NCBI GenBank assembly: GCA_036172245.1 | Contig: JAYWIR010000003.1 | Location: 2,914,001 to 2,978,000 of the forward strand | DNA from: Raillietiella orientalis | Lineage: Eukaryota | DNA: 64,000 bases | Reading direction: 5' to 3' | Shown: in pieces, positions 27,610 to 40,242 of the stretch | How the letters are laid out: every line of letters begins with the position of its first letter | Numbering within the stretch: position 1 is the stretch's first letter | Program-made: the position numbers and the translations under genes | The notes under the pieces: model-generated | Databases searched by the model: none | Seen by the model: only the letters and a program-made list of their open reading frames with translations | Told to the model about the DNA's origin: nothing

Positions 27610-28450
27610 TGCTCCTCTTGCCCGCAAGGCATGGCCAAGAGTCCTCGATGTCTCCAAGAAAGATCCACACCTGCCTCGCTCTTTCTCAGGGCGCCCCATG
27701 CAGCAGTCCCCGCGGAACTCTTCCGAACACATCGTCCAGGTCGATGGGTTCCATGCGGAAGGATTCTGAGGAGGTTCCCCGGCGCCACTGAGCGCTGTTT
27801 TTTTTTTCTTTTTGGAAGGGAAAGGAGGAGGGGGGAATGTTCTCGAGGGTCCATCGAATCCTCTCTTCTCGTGGCAGATGGCCGCGTTGTCAACTGGACA
27901 CCCCCCAAGTTCCAACGAGAGGCACTTCACTCATGGGCAGTAGACGCAGGTTCCTGTAGATGCCGGTCCCCCTCCCCCCACCGCCATCTACCTTTGGAGG
28001 CCGAAGACGATTCCGACTTAGGCCAACTCTGGACGCACGGATTCCGTTGGACTGTGTCCGTGGGATTCGCCCCGACGCACCCGGTTTTCGGTGCCCTTCT
28101 CGCCGGTGCGGCTGGCGTCCTCCGCCTGTCCGTGAAACGGGGTGCTCTCACCTCCTAGACTCGCGTCCCGCTTGCCGCTCGAGGCCGTAGGGGCCGACTT
28201 CACTTGGCTGATGGGTGCCCTGCACACCCGGCTGGCTTGCCAAAGGATGAACTCATTCCCAAGAGCAGGAGGTGGCGGAACGGAACCGGTAAGACCGGAC
28301 TTCTCGGAGGAGCCCGGTCGCAGCAGCCGAGGGGAAAGAAGAGAGGATAGGGGAGAAGGAATGTCTCTCAGAAAAGCGACAGTGGAACCGACCGGGTACG
28401 CGCGAATTGAAATGCTGCGAATCCCAGGTCACAACTCCCCTTCGAAGGAA
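27610..28450 (-). mobile_element. Decayed L1/Tx1-type post-RT fragment
   Basis: VGLSRNRLRPPKVDGGGG (cf. V..L..PK..GGLG). Confidence 0.4.
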
Positions 28451-28688
28451 CCCGGGAAGCCAGCGGTTGTACGAAGCGCGCCCCAACATTGCCAACGGCC
28501 CGCAATGGCAATGTTGAGGTGACGCTTGCCACGGTTGTGTGGGCTGCGGCCCTGGCAAGCGTCGCGGGTTCGAATCCTCACATGGAGGATCGACGCCGAG
28601 AAATAGAGGTGAGCCGTGGGTTTCGAGTCCTCCTCTTCCACCACAGGACGACGCTGGTTGACCTCTGTTCGGATGCGGCGACACTGGT

Positions 28689-29409
28689 TGACACCCGGTC
28701 ATGCCGGGGCGTTTTTTTATAAAATAAACATCCATGTCTGTGGCGGGGCGTTTGATTCTGCCACGTTACTTGTAACTACGAGGAGGAACCTGCCGGGAAC
28801 TGTCATGCAGGCCAGCGGAGTTCGCCTGGGCAGCACAGGAGAAGGGGAGACAAACAAAAAGAAAAACATAAAACGAAAAACATACAGTGAAAAAAATGGG
28901 AAGGCTCGGGAAGGGATCACCGGATGCTGGAGAGTGTTCTCTGCACTCTTGTAAGGATGCCGGAAAGTTCCTGTTTTGAGATGGATGAAGATGTGGCCAT
29001 CTTGACGCTGTCCTCATGAAGAGGACAGCAAAAAAAATGGCGACCCTGTCGTTCTGTCCGCCTCTGGCGTTGCTCCATGCAGCCAAGGTCGCGCCGCGTG
29101 GGCAGCACAGTGATGCCGGGAATGCAGCCGTCCTGAGGGCGTCGAACAGGAAGAGGAGCTTTCAAACGTTTCTGGCGTTGCCGCCGGGAGTTCCAAGGGT
29201 CGCGGCAAAGCGTCCCCAGAGAAGCCGGAGGCCGACACAGTCCACTAGGAGGTGCAGGTGGGATTCATGTTCCCGCACCTGAGACAGTTCAGGTACACCC
29301 CCTTCTGCCGTGTCCAGTGATGCCGGTGAACGTTGCACAGGAGGCCAAAGTGCAGCTGCATCAACGCCGACTCCTGTTACTTTAAGGGGAGGATGCGGGT
29401 GTTCATGAG
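28689..29409 (-). mobile_element. 5'-truncated Tx1/L1-like LINE inserted antisense in SINE copy A
   Basis: zf-RVT remnant (HESHLHLLVDCVGLRLLWGRF), T-rich UTR and hairpin terminus. Flanked by GACACTGGT (28680-28688) and CACCGGT (29410-29416). Confidence 0.8.
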
Positions 29410-29799
29410 CACCGGTGGAATTGGGAAACCAGATGCCCCTGTTGACTGACAGAGATTGGGATATCGACCCTTCGGGGTTCTTTTGGGAATCAAGGATCCT
29501 TTTGAGGTTTCCTCCCTTCGGTTGAGAAAATGGAACCATCCATTGAGTATCACAGAGCTGCTTGATACCCGCGTCGGAGAACGTTGCCTCTCCAGAGTGT
29601 CAAGAAGCGCGCTGTTTCCTTCTGGGAGCGCCTCCAAAGAAATTGGAAGGCGTCCCTTTCGGAGTTCTCTTCAGAGTTGGAAGCCAGGAGCGGTTCTCTT
29701 GAGGGAGGGTTCCCTCCGGAGAAGAATGGTGTGGCTCCTTCCGATAGGGGTTCCTCAGGAGAGAATAAGGTAGAAGTCCACTTGGGAAGTCCCCTTCAA

Positions 29800-30050
29800 A
29801 GACAACCAACCAATCGCTATCGAGCATGCACTTCGCTTTCTGCGGATGGAAGCCAGATGGCCCCACCTGGATGCAATCCGGGCCCACCTGGTCTGCATCC
29901 CGTAAACGATGTAGAGGACTCTTTCCGGAGGGTTGTGATCTCTCCCCTGCCCCCCACAATGTTTTTATTTATTTTTATTTCATTTTTCTTCTGTTTCCCT
30001 CCCCCTCCGCTGAGCCTTCCTGGATTCACAGTGTGGTCCCTCCGAAGTCA
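29800..30050 (+). mobile_element. Short LINE 3' fragment inside SINE copy A
   Basis: AGATGGCCCCACCTGGAT is shared with the LINE end near 50560 and is followed by the T-rich UTR. Confidence 0.6.
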
Positions 30051-30253
30051 TCTCCCAGTCTGAAGCTCCCCAGTCACACGCACCCTCGGGGGCTGGCAGG
30101 GACAGCTTCAAAGAGTCTTGCGAGCTTCTGGGCGAACTGTTCTTCAGCACTTTGTGAGCCAAAAAAAGAAGGAAAACCCAAAGAAAAAAAAAACCGGAAG
30201 GAAAGCAGCTGAAACAGAAGAACTCAAAAGGATTTTGCATCATATCTTTATAG

Positions 30254-31159
30254 TGTGATCCCGGAAAGGAGGGAAGTGACTTGCTGCATGGCAGCGAAAA
30301 CAAAACTTCTGCGGGCTTTGACAATTCGGGAAGTGACGGACGCTGCGACTCCGAGTGCCCCACCCCACGGAATTGAAGACTGGGACGAGCTGCTCGGCAA
30401 CCCTCCAGAGGAGGTGAAGTGGCCCCCAGCGTGCTGAAATAGTGGCACCCTCCCCCTCAACTGGCGGGATTCGGTGTTGCTGGTGGTGCATTGGGGGATC
30501 CCGTGCAAAGCTCACCTTCACCATTGGACGTGGGGGGAGGGTGGGTGCTGAGGCAGGCAACAGGCTTGGGAAGTGAGGCGACAGACCCTCCCGCACTTGC
30601 TATTGGACTGTGCTGCCCCCCGACTCCTTTGAAATCGCCTCACGACCATCCTAGAATCCCGGCGGGAGGCCTCAGGGATATTTTCAGACGCCTCTTAGCG
30701 CGTGGTGCCTCACTGCCGCCACCAACCGCGTCCCTCGCAGTTCCCTGCTGTGTTCACGAGATCACGACGGCCCGGAACGCCAGGGAAGAGTTTCCGAACG
30801 GCAGGGACGCCATCCACTGGGCGCGGATCTTCCTGGGGACCGCCTCGAGGTGGTCCCACCTGGGAGCTATACGGACAGCACTTGCCAGCATCCTGAACAG
30901 GATATTGAGGACGCGTGGCAGTGTACCGCTACCCTTCCTCGATTCCCCCCTCCCCGTGTATAAATTCCGCTTCCCGGTTTTGTCTGTTTATTTTCTGTGT
31001 GTTTTGTTTTCCTTCCCCCCCACGCTGCCGAAGCGGACCTCGTCGGTCTGCGTACCGATCCTCGGCAGGTTCATTGCGCGTGGTAGAGCCAACGGTTCTA
31101 CCATAGAAACGTATTTTTATTACGTCATGTAATAAATGCCCCGGCATAACCGGGTGGAA
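30254..31159 (+). mobile_element. 5'-truncated Tx1/L1-like LINE with hairpin terminus
   Basis: Homologous to the 28689 and 53562 copies. Ends AATAAATGCCCCGGCATAACCGGGTGG. Possible diverged TSD ATCATATCTTTATAG (30239-30253) / ATCATCCCTTTTTAG (31160-31174), 12/15 identical. Confidence 0.7.
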
Positions 31160-31559
31160 ATCATCCCTTTTTAGGGAAAGAGGGGAAAAAAAAAACACAT
31201 TTCCAACGCAAAACTTTCGAAAAGGAAATCTCGCCTAGCGTTCCCGGTGTGCCGGAGTTCTCCTCACTCTGCGTTGCATGCGTGCTTCAAGGGGGAGAGA
31301 GGGCGCTCTGGATCTGCTGGCCGACCTCCAGTCCCGATGCCACCCGGGCGAGCAGCCCTCATTCTTTTTTGTTCTTTGCAATGAAGATACTTCGCCCGCC
31401 CTGAAGGCTATGAGAGATCGCTCGACAGATGACAGCAATTCCTCCGACCCTGACATCCTCCAGGCTGGACCTATTCGGCTCCGTGGATCTTTATGTACAT
31501 TATTGTACATAGAAACTACTCTAAATCTACAAAAACTATTGCCGAAGCGGAATCCGCTA

Positions 31560-32272
31560 GTTGATTCTTCAAGATAGGGGTATCCCGGGAGGGGATCACC
31601 CTATGAATCCAGGAAGGGTTCCGGAAAAGGGAATCCGTTCTTCTCACGCTTGGGAGGGATCCCCGAAGGGAAGGCTCTCCCTGGTTGTCTCCGAAAGGAA
31701 TCCGGGAGGGAATCCCCTCCTTTGTTCTCGCCGCTCCAGTTTTCTTCTCCGAAGGGGACCCAGAAAGGACTCCGCTAGTAGAGATTTCTCCTCTGGGGGG
31801 ACCCCCAGGAAAGGAACCGCTCCCGTTTGCTCCTCTGAAGAGAACCCCGAAGAGATGCTTCCGGATTTATTCAGAAGGTGCTCCCCGAAGGGAGCTGCAC
31901 GCTTCCCTGCACTCTCTGGAGAGGCATCATCAATCCAGCAGCTCCATTGTGCGAGACGGAGGGTCCTCTCCCGAAAATAGGGGGTCCGCTCCGTTGCACA
32001 ACCGGGGGGGAACCCCCACTCCTTGATTCTGTTTCCTGGAAGGACCTGGAGGGTCGACTCCCAATTCCGACCGTTCATCGGGAACATCCGGTTTGAACTT
32101 CTACCGGTGCCGCACCCGAAGACGGGCCAGCCAGCGTCATCTTGCAGGAGGAGCTCGAACCAGCGACGCACCCCCATCTCTCGGCGTGGATTCTTTCCGA
32201 GGATTCGAACCTGCGACTCTTGGTGCCACGCGCAGAGACCTCAGCCACATGGTCTCAGCCCACAGGGCGGGC
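31560..32272 (-). mobile_element. tRNA-headed SINE-like repeat, copy C (empty target site near 32103-32111)
   Basis: Reverse strand reads GCCCGC..CTCTGCGCGTGGCACCAAGAGTCGCAGGTTCGAATCC..GCCGAGAGATGG..GGTTCGAGCTCC. Body colinear with copies B and D. Confidence 0.8.
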
Positions 32273-32299
32273 AATCGAAAGTCCTTGCAGGATGCTTCC

Positions 32300-34800
32300 C
32301 TGCTCCAGAGATGAGAATCTTTTTTGAGACTGTTGATCCCATATCCTCCCTAACAGTCGCTCTCTGCTGATCTGGTATGGTCCCCGCATTTCACCACTTC
32401 CATTGGATTCTTCCAGACGTGGTCTTTCTAAGCACCCCGAAAACTTTTCCTGCTCATCGGGGGAGCTCATCTGCAAAACTATCCCAATGTATGAACCAAC
32501 CGGATTGCATGTTTCCTGCAATCTTTATTGCTTGTATACCTATCGGAGAGGTGAAGGCTGGATGTCTTCGAATCCCCTTTTTCCATTGGTCCTGGCTTGG
32601 TAAAGGGTTGCAGTCCCTGTACTTTCCCTTCTTTGTCTCCCAAGAGCGATCCTGTTTGCTTGTTGATGCCCACAGTTTGCATCCCACGTCGATGAAGCCT
32701 GAGCTCGGTGAGTCGTGAAGGGCCTTTTTTTTTTTTTTTCCAACCTACCCGGAGGCATCCTGGAAAGGGATTTCTTGGTGGCCGAATTTCTTTGCAGACG
32801 ATGCCCTTCCCTAGGTGGTGGAAACCCGTCCTGCCCGGAAACCTTTCTGCCACCCTCCAGGTGCTCCTGAACGTGCTTCACACTGGTCTGCCACCGCTCC
32901 CGTTCTCCAGTCCTCCCACGGTGTATACGCTGAGATGTCTGCCACTGAGATCACAACATGCAGGACTCAAATCCTCCTTGCCTGCGAAGGTGTGTCCCGC
33001 ATGCTCTGACGCACGTGGCTCATCGCGGGATCAAATTTTTGTGCACAATTCGAATGTGCCTCTTGGCGCTGTTCGCACCGGGTCGTGCAAAATCTGCGCA
33101 TTTCGATTTGGAACGATGAAGTTTGGGCAGATAAGCCTCTGGATTGGCCAAAGGAGGAAGAAGCCTTGAACAGCCAACCTGAAGTTCCACTCGTTCCAAG
33201 GTCTCCGTTGATGACTTACCCTCTCGTTCGTCCTCTTCATCCGTACCGCTGCTCCAACTGTCGGTTCGGTCCAACTGTTGTTCATTTGGAGAGGTCCCCT
33301 GCGCCCATTTTCTGGTTTCTTTTCGCGTCCTGCAGAGTCAAGCATCAGTTCGTGGAATCACCCGGGGACCCTGGGATCCTCGACGATGGGACCAACTGGC
33401 GGTTATGTAGGCTTCAAATTGAGCTGAACAGAACTACATCTCCTCAGTAAGAGTTATGATAATTCTTCCACATCAGCAAAAGCACCACGAACGGCTTATT
33501 TGCCTAATCGGATTTTTTTCAGAATCGATTACTTATGAAAAGGACACAAAAGACCTGTCTTTGGAAACAGTTGTCTCGTTCACGGATGAAAACCTAGTCC
33601 TGTGGAAAAAGAATGGGAGTGGGCGTACGACCGGTCCACTCATACGTCTATGACCTTGTTTCATGCAAAGATTTCTTCAATTTCATTCATACAAAGCAAA
33701 TATAATGTGCAATGGTCTCTGTTTGGTCTGTCCATTCTTCGATAATTCTTTTCGTCTTAGTAAGCAAAAGTTGATAGCGGTGCCATCTCTGAAGAAGCTC
33801 TTGAGTTCGAGCATTTTGACATAACAAGCCGCGTCATTTCTTTATGAGATTATCGAACTGTTTTCCCTTCAAGCGCTGTGCTTTATAAGTGCACGGCTTT
33901 GAAGACATCTTGCTGCAACCAGCCTAAACAAGCCGGAGATACTTCCAGGATCCTTCAATACGAATAATTCACGATATGAATGTATTTATGAGGTACAGCG
34001 ACATTTATAAGGGAGTGCACCCCTCAGCAGTCTTCAGGGTCTTCGCGACCGAATGTGACCGTTGCAGCTCTGACTGGTTAGTCGGAGCTGCATCGGACTG
34101 GTTCAGTTCCGGAATCAGCTCCTGGAGGCCATTCATCTGTGCCATCATCCTCATCTTCCAGAAAGACACCGGGTGTTCCATCAGAGGGATGATCCATCCA
34201 GTGAATCCCGCAGGAGTCTTCTCATCAGATGCATACGTGTTCCGCTGACAGATTCTCGACGACTCGCCGTGCCGTTCCTTCCTCTGGCACATCCTTCCGC
34301 CTTCGCTCAGTTTAGAGTTGGGCGTCCCCATTTCTATCGTTCAAACTTTGAACTCTTGAAAAAAGTTGCTTCTGGATTTCCTCAGGCTGCTGTGACCACT
34401 TTACTCCTTTCACTCGCGTTGTTCTTGTTCGACTGTCCGAAATGCGAGATGCGGACGAGATCCGTGGAAGGTGGTGAAAAGTGGCACTCCTCCAGAATGT
34501 TCCTCCTTCCGAAACATTTGCTGCTGCGAGGTGTCTTCGGTGTCATCAGCATCTCCACCAAGCTCAGAATTGTCTTCAAGCTCTTCCGGAATGGCGAGGA
34601 TCCAGCGGAAGCCTTCCGACGAAGAAATCGTTTTGCTGCTCAGTCACCACGGAGAGAAAACGCTCGTTTGAAGATTAGGCGCAAGAAGATGACATTGCCC
34701 AATCACACATCCCATGATGAAATGACTCCGGTCACATCCACTGCATAGGATCTCGGAATCGAAATGCCCTGCACGCTTCCGTTTCCCGGATCGATTTCAT
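32300..34800 (-). mobile_element. Decayed L1/Tx1-type LINE (RT to C-terminus)
   Basis: GISIPRSYAVDVT (cf. YADDVT), RICQRNTY..PAGFTG (cf. RV..L.P..GGLG) and C-terminal LHVVISVA. Confidence 0.55.
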
Positions 34801-37791
34801 GTGAAATTTATCCTTCTCCGGGATGTATTCTAAAACACATTCCTTTGTGAACATGGAAAGACCGCGCGCACCATTACTGCTATCAGAGGTGAGCCAACAT
34901 AAACGAATGATCCATTCATGTATCGCCTACTTTCTCATCCTGAGCCTACTTACCCCGAGATAAATTGTCCTTAAGGGATCCCTTACCCGAATCCCTGCAA
35001 GTAACTGACTAAGGCAGGCATCAGCCGGATGGGCTTATGCTCTTCCATCTATTCCATATCCATTTCATATTCTATCCCCCTTTCTACAAGAAAACATTTC
35101 CTAAGAACATACTTTTAAGTTCAGTAAACGGGAATAATTGTCTGATGTACACTAATTAATGAGGTAAAAAACATGTATTCGATTAAATATTCATACATAT
35201 ATACGAGACGATTCTGTCACAAACTGATGTCTTTCAGGAAGGGAACCTCTTGAACAGATGGTTTCATCCCGAATTCTGTGTTCCGTGCGTTCGACTTGGA
35301 TGTTCGTTACGATTCATCCGGTCAGAACTCCTCCGCAGATCGTTAGAAACGGTCGCACGACGGAACGCAGCATCTGCTTCTTAATTGCGTACCCGTTTCC
35401 AAGTGAGGATACCTTTAAGGTCCGACTGGCGCTGCCAAGGTGGAGTGCTCGAGACGTGGAATTTGCTTAGACCAGACAGTGATGGAGAAGGAGGCCATCA
35501 CTGTCTGCTCCTGCCACACCTGCAAACGAGATGGCCGCTCTCAACTGTCAGGCTGCTGCCCACGAGTCACCAAGGGCGCCCAGTCTTTCAGTCCCGGAAA
35601 GTGAAACATGATTCGAGCCCAAAGTAGAAAACGGATGGAGTTTCCCGAATTGAAGGCTTCCGTTCGAACCGGTGCTTCCGAAAAATAGCCATTTCATTCC
35701 GAAGTTCGAATCCCGCACGAATTTCTTGCAATGCCCTCCCCCCTCCCCTCCCGAATGAAATCTTCCCCCCCCCCCCCCCCCCCTTGCATCGTGAAAAGAT
35801 GGGTAGGCAGTGCACCGCTGGTCATGGTGATTATCGAGGAGGGCAAATAATAATAAATTACACAAATCCGTCTTCCGTGAGCGAGAACTTATTTGAGATT
35901 CGCGCTCCTTTCGCAGCTTCCCATAAAACCTTGTGAGGAAGTTTGTTGGCACGTGAAATTTGGAAAGGGGGATTTATTTAGCAAAGAGAGGTGACCCCCG
36001 TGCTGAGAGCACAATTTTGGGGACCTCCTACAACGCATGGATTCAGCAGGCATCCCATCCGTAAAAAGCACTTCGTGTATGTTCCGAACTCTCCAAAACC
36101 CAAACCACTGACTTCCAACCGTCTCCCTTTTCTCCGTGGAAGATGAGTGATGGAGATGAGCCACCCCCTCGTCGTCTGCGTCAGTGACAAATGGAGATGC
36201 TCTCGCTCGATGGCCATCACGTATCGTCAAACAAAAAGCTCCCATTTTCGCTGCCGCCTGAACACTCGCGCGCGGTCGTCGAATCTTCCCCAAAAAAAGG
36301 CCGTTTGGAGCAGAGCAACTATTTAGCAGGTACGGATTAATTGCACTAATGGCTCTTTTGAATACGAATGTAACTGTGCCTCGTTTTTTTAGGGAATGAG
36401 GAAGGAACTCGTCGTAATCCGTTACCGGAACAATGAACTGCAAAGTGCCGTTTTCGAATTCGACCAAACGGTCCAGAAGATCGCACCCATAATCGGGAAT
36501 GCAAGTAATTATGATGAGAGCACGAAATGAGAGACTGAAATCTAACGGGAAGGGTATTTCGGTAGTTGAGTATAACTGAGGATCTGATCGGAGTGGGAGG
36601 TGCTCGCGGAAGGCTCGTGCTCACCACCCTCGTCACGCAGCATCCTTGGCGATTCCAAGGCGCCGGACCCCCTCGACTCCGTAGGGAGCTCGGTATGAAA
36701 GGGAAACGGAACGGGTCCACAATTTCGGCCTAAGCCTCCGCCCGAAAGGCGAGCAGCGAAATTACAAAGCGCTGAATAAAACATATCGCACTTCCCATGG
36801 CTGGGAGTGTGTGGAAGGTGAGCAGATCGAAAGGTTGAAAGTTGGTGCGAGAGCACGTGAAAGCGAGAATCGACGAAGCTTCTTGCTTTCACCTAGGAAG
36901 AAAGGATCGAAATTGGACGCTGCTGCCGCGGGCGATATCACTCATGCGATGCTCCTGTGTTGGACATAAGTGCCAACACCTACACGAATCGGAACTGTTT
37001 CTCTTGCGAAAGTCGCGAAAGTTGGTTTGGACAGGCAAGCAGTAGAAGCTGGCAGGTGGACCGGGTGCAAAAATCCTCCTGGTTGAATCACGCTGTGAAA
37101 TCTCACACACCCCTCGAAGGTACGGGAATCGGGACGGAGGAAGTTCGCATTCCCTCCGAGATTGTGGCAAAGGGCTTTCTTCAGCTTTCGGAGGAGTGTT
37201 ACCACGTGTCTTTATGCCCGCCTGCCAAGCAGATACTGGTTGCCAAGACGAGTTTCTAATTCGTTTGCCTCTGCTAAGGATTGCCTCAAAAGATCATTTT
37301 GAAAGTCCGAACATACGAAATTTTTACATCTTCAAACTGGCTCCTCAAATAACTTGGGATTATTTCTGCACGCATGGTTAATATAATACGGTTAATAGAG
37401 CATAGGATGGAAGCGCTCAATCCATCTCGTTATGAGTTTTAAATAATGAGTAACATGAATAATAATGTACACCTGCTAAGGCTGTTAGCTGCACTACATT
37501 CGTACACTGACAAGCAGAACATCGGAGATAAATTCATTGCACGAGTCATCGACGTGTTGACTCGAACACGGCGCACCACGGAAACGCGGAAGTATTTGCA
37601 ACTGTCCTCAGGAATTGAGTTTTCTTCAACATCCACTTACGACGAGAGGAAAGGAGATCGCCACACATGAACACCGCCACTTGTAAATACACGTACGGCG
37701 TCATGAACGACGAATACCGTAATATCGACAGATTATCCTCCCTTCTAGGGAATCACTTCTTCCGAGTGAACAACGTCAGTAGACAGGGCGT

Positions 37792-38082
37792 GTCGAACAG
37801 ACTGTTACTATAAACCTTATTCATCTTATGGATACCTAATTCAACATCGAGGTCTCGAAATTTCACATCAATTAGAACTCTCCATGAAAATTACGCTGTT
37901 ATCCCTTAGGTAACTTTTTCTTCATTTCAAGATCATTATTACTTCATATAAAATTATTAAACCATGAAGATAAATTCTTCATTCTTCTGCCCCAGATAAC
38001 ATCCTATCGAAATTTCATCCTACCATTACACTCTCGACTTACTCAAGGACACTATTTCTAAAGGGTCTTCTCGTCCCTTAAA
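37792..38082 (-). pseudogene. NUMT: fragment of mitochondrial 16S rRNA (rrnL, domain V region)
   Basis: Reverse strand carries conserved metazoan rrnL blocks in order: GGGACGAGAAGACCCT, GTTACCTAAGGGATAACAGCGTAAT, GACCTCGATGTTGAATTA, AGTCTGTTCGAC. Isolated ~290 bp piece in nuclear context. Confidence 0.92.
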
Positions 38083-38299
38083 CCGTGTGCATTCCAAAAT
38101 GGAATTTTCCTCACCGAATGGAGCAAGTCACAAAGGTGATGCATGGCAGCTCACCACCCTCGTTCTTGGTGATTCCAAGGCACGCGACTTCTTGCTGCAA
38201 GACGTAAGCTTCTTATAGGAATCGAGGACACCCTTCGGCACCGTTAAGGGGGGAAGGAATGGCTCCTATGGAGCAACGGAATGATCCGCAGCATTAGTC

Positions 38300-39100
38300 G
38301 GCTCAGGAAGAGCTTTTTTTTCCCCATCCCCTAATCTGACATCTTGAGGGCCGTTGTAGGTGAATCGAAGGATTTACGCGGGCATTCTGATGATCCTGGA
38401 TTTTCGCATTCTGTGATTTACCGCAACAGCATGAATGCAACAAACATATGGATTGGGATGATTGGTGGATGTTTACGTGCCATGAAAGTCGATCCGCCGA
38501 ACCGAAACGTGATGTAGTCGATTGACGAGGTCCCGTTTCCTTAGAAACCTGCCGTCGATGTCAACGGACCGTGATGCACTGCTCGGAAAAGTTTCTCCTT
38601 CCTTGGGGATCACGCTCGAAATCGAAGGGACGGTAGCCGACGGGGAGGAATGGCTATTTCTTGCTCGCTATCGAGAGCTTATAACGATCCGGTCTGTAGA
38701 AGGTCAGTAAGCAACCCCTAAAGCGTCAGTTCTCCGAGGCTCCCTCAACAAGCCCTACACTGATCTCCGCCTATGAATTACCCCACTTCGAAAAATCCTG
38801 GTGGCTGCCTGTCCATCAAAGAGGGCTTCCGGTAGCCAAAGAACATCATCGTGAAAGGCACGCACAACCAACGCAAGCCTGCACTCCAGTAAGAAAAAAA
38901 AGTTCCGCTGGAACTTCATGTTACAGAGAGGTATACCGAACACTCGGTGTGGCGCCCGTGGCAGTCGGTTGTACCACAACAACCTGTTGATGAGCCTTTG
39001 CTGACGTCCTTCGGGACCGACTCGGAACGGAATCGGCAAATGCTTATCAGCCATTTGTATGGTACACGTTCCTTGAATATTCCTTAAATGCTACACCAGA
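38300..39100 (+). mobile_element. Possible piggyBac-like transposase remnant
   Basis: LTRSRFLRNL..DRDALLGKVSP (cf. MSRNRF..D.L.K.RP) and GSRLYHNNLLMSL (cf. G..LY.DN.FTS). Heavily decayed. Confidence 0.3.
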
Positions 39101-40242
39101 TTCCGTGTTGAATGCTGCATGGGGCTGGGCTGTACGGCGCTAGTTGGCTTCCAAACACTGGACACTCAGCCCTGGGGTGCAAACAAAATTCCAAGCGACG
39201 CAGAAGTTCTGGCAAAGTTTTCAGCTTCGAAGCTGATCGCGTACAACCAATCTTCGTACGAAACGCACTCAGAATCCCCACCACCGCCAGACTGAAAAAT
39301 TCTTTTGCTTCAGACTGCTGCAAACTGCAAGTGACTGCTGCCCGCGTACCCGGGCGGAGCTACGCAGAAGCCGGGACTCAATTTCGCGTCCACGGGTTGT
39401 GGAAACGTCCACAACCAGCAATGGAAAGAGCAGAAGGCACACCCAGTCCCCTTAATGGCCACGAAAGCAACCGAATCCCAACTCGGGAAGGCCGCACCGA
39501 CTGCCGGTGTTCTTTGCTCCAAGCTCTCGGAAGGAATTTCGGACAACACTCGCTCAAGGTAAGCGGCACAGAAAGGATGTACGAGCAAACGAATAACTTT
39601 ACATACTTGGAACGACTATTTCTTTTCTTTACATAATGCCAATTAACGTACTTTCAGGAATGTGACAACCGGATTAAACGAAAACAAAAAAAAACATCAC
39701 AACTGTCTTATAAGAAATTGGGCTTCGTGTATTCAAACAAATGGTAGGCGCGAACCTGCGACCAAGACACATTTTACCAAACTTCAGTTCACCACTGCGA
39801 AATACAAGACTTTATTTGGGAAACTGATTGTACATTCATGGAGAATGCTGTCCCTCTGCTGGAGGAACGGGCACTGCTCAAAAACACAGATGCGCCCCTT
39901 TCTAAATGTGCACTCAGTCCACACAACAAGGGCATCTGAATAACACATGGAAAAGTACCCATAAATTACTCCTTTAAAAAATCAGAATTGCAAAATTATC
40001 TTTCAATTATTTCTTCTCCAGCAGCATTTCCTTCTCTTCTTTCATATGAAAACATAAATCAACGACCAAATATTTAAATCTCCTTCAAAAGAAAAGCTAT
40101 TTCAAATCATGTAAAAACAATCTGAGAAACACAACAAAGGCTGATGATGATTTTTCTCCGTGATATCCGATTACCAGCATTCTTTACTTCAAAACTGATC
40201 AAATCTTTCCCTGTGATTTCCAAGTTCACATGATCTGCATGA

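Larger units (their letters stand above)
28520..30253 (+). mobile_element. tRNA-headed SINE-like repeat, copy A, interrupted by LINE insertions
   Basis: Head GGTTGTGTGG..GGGTTCGAATCC (B box) plus a second GGTTTCGAGTCC. Body resumes at 29410-29790 and tail at 30055-30253, matching copies B, C and D. Confidence 0.75.

Noticed and set aside
28680..28725. Hairpin followed by CCAGT read as a Helitron 3' end
   Set aside because: The CCAGT belongs to a 9-bp TSD, Helitrons make no TSDs, and the motif usually follows a LINE ORF2 end.
34940..35200. CR1-like 3' end
   Set aside because: The two resembling parts imply opposite orientations; too weak.
35258..35627. RluA-like pseudouridine synthase fragment (NGRTT)
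   Set aside because: Similarity too weak and no catalytic motif.
35889..36560. 192-aa ORF or piggyBac remnant on the minus strand
   Set aside because: Only vague motif resemblance; cannot be supported without a search.
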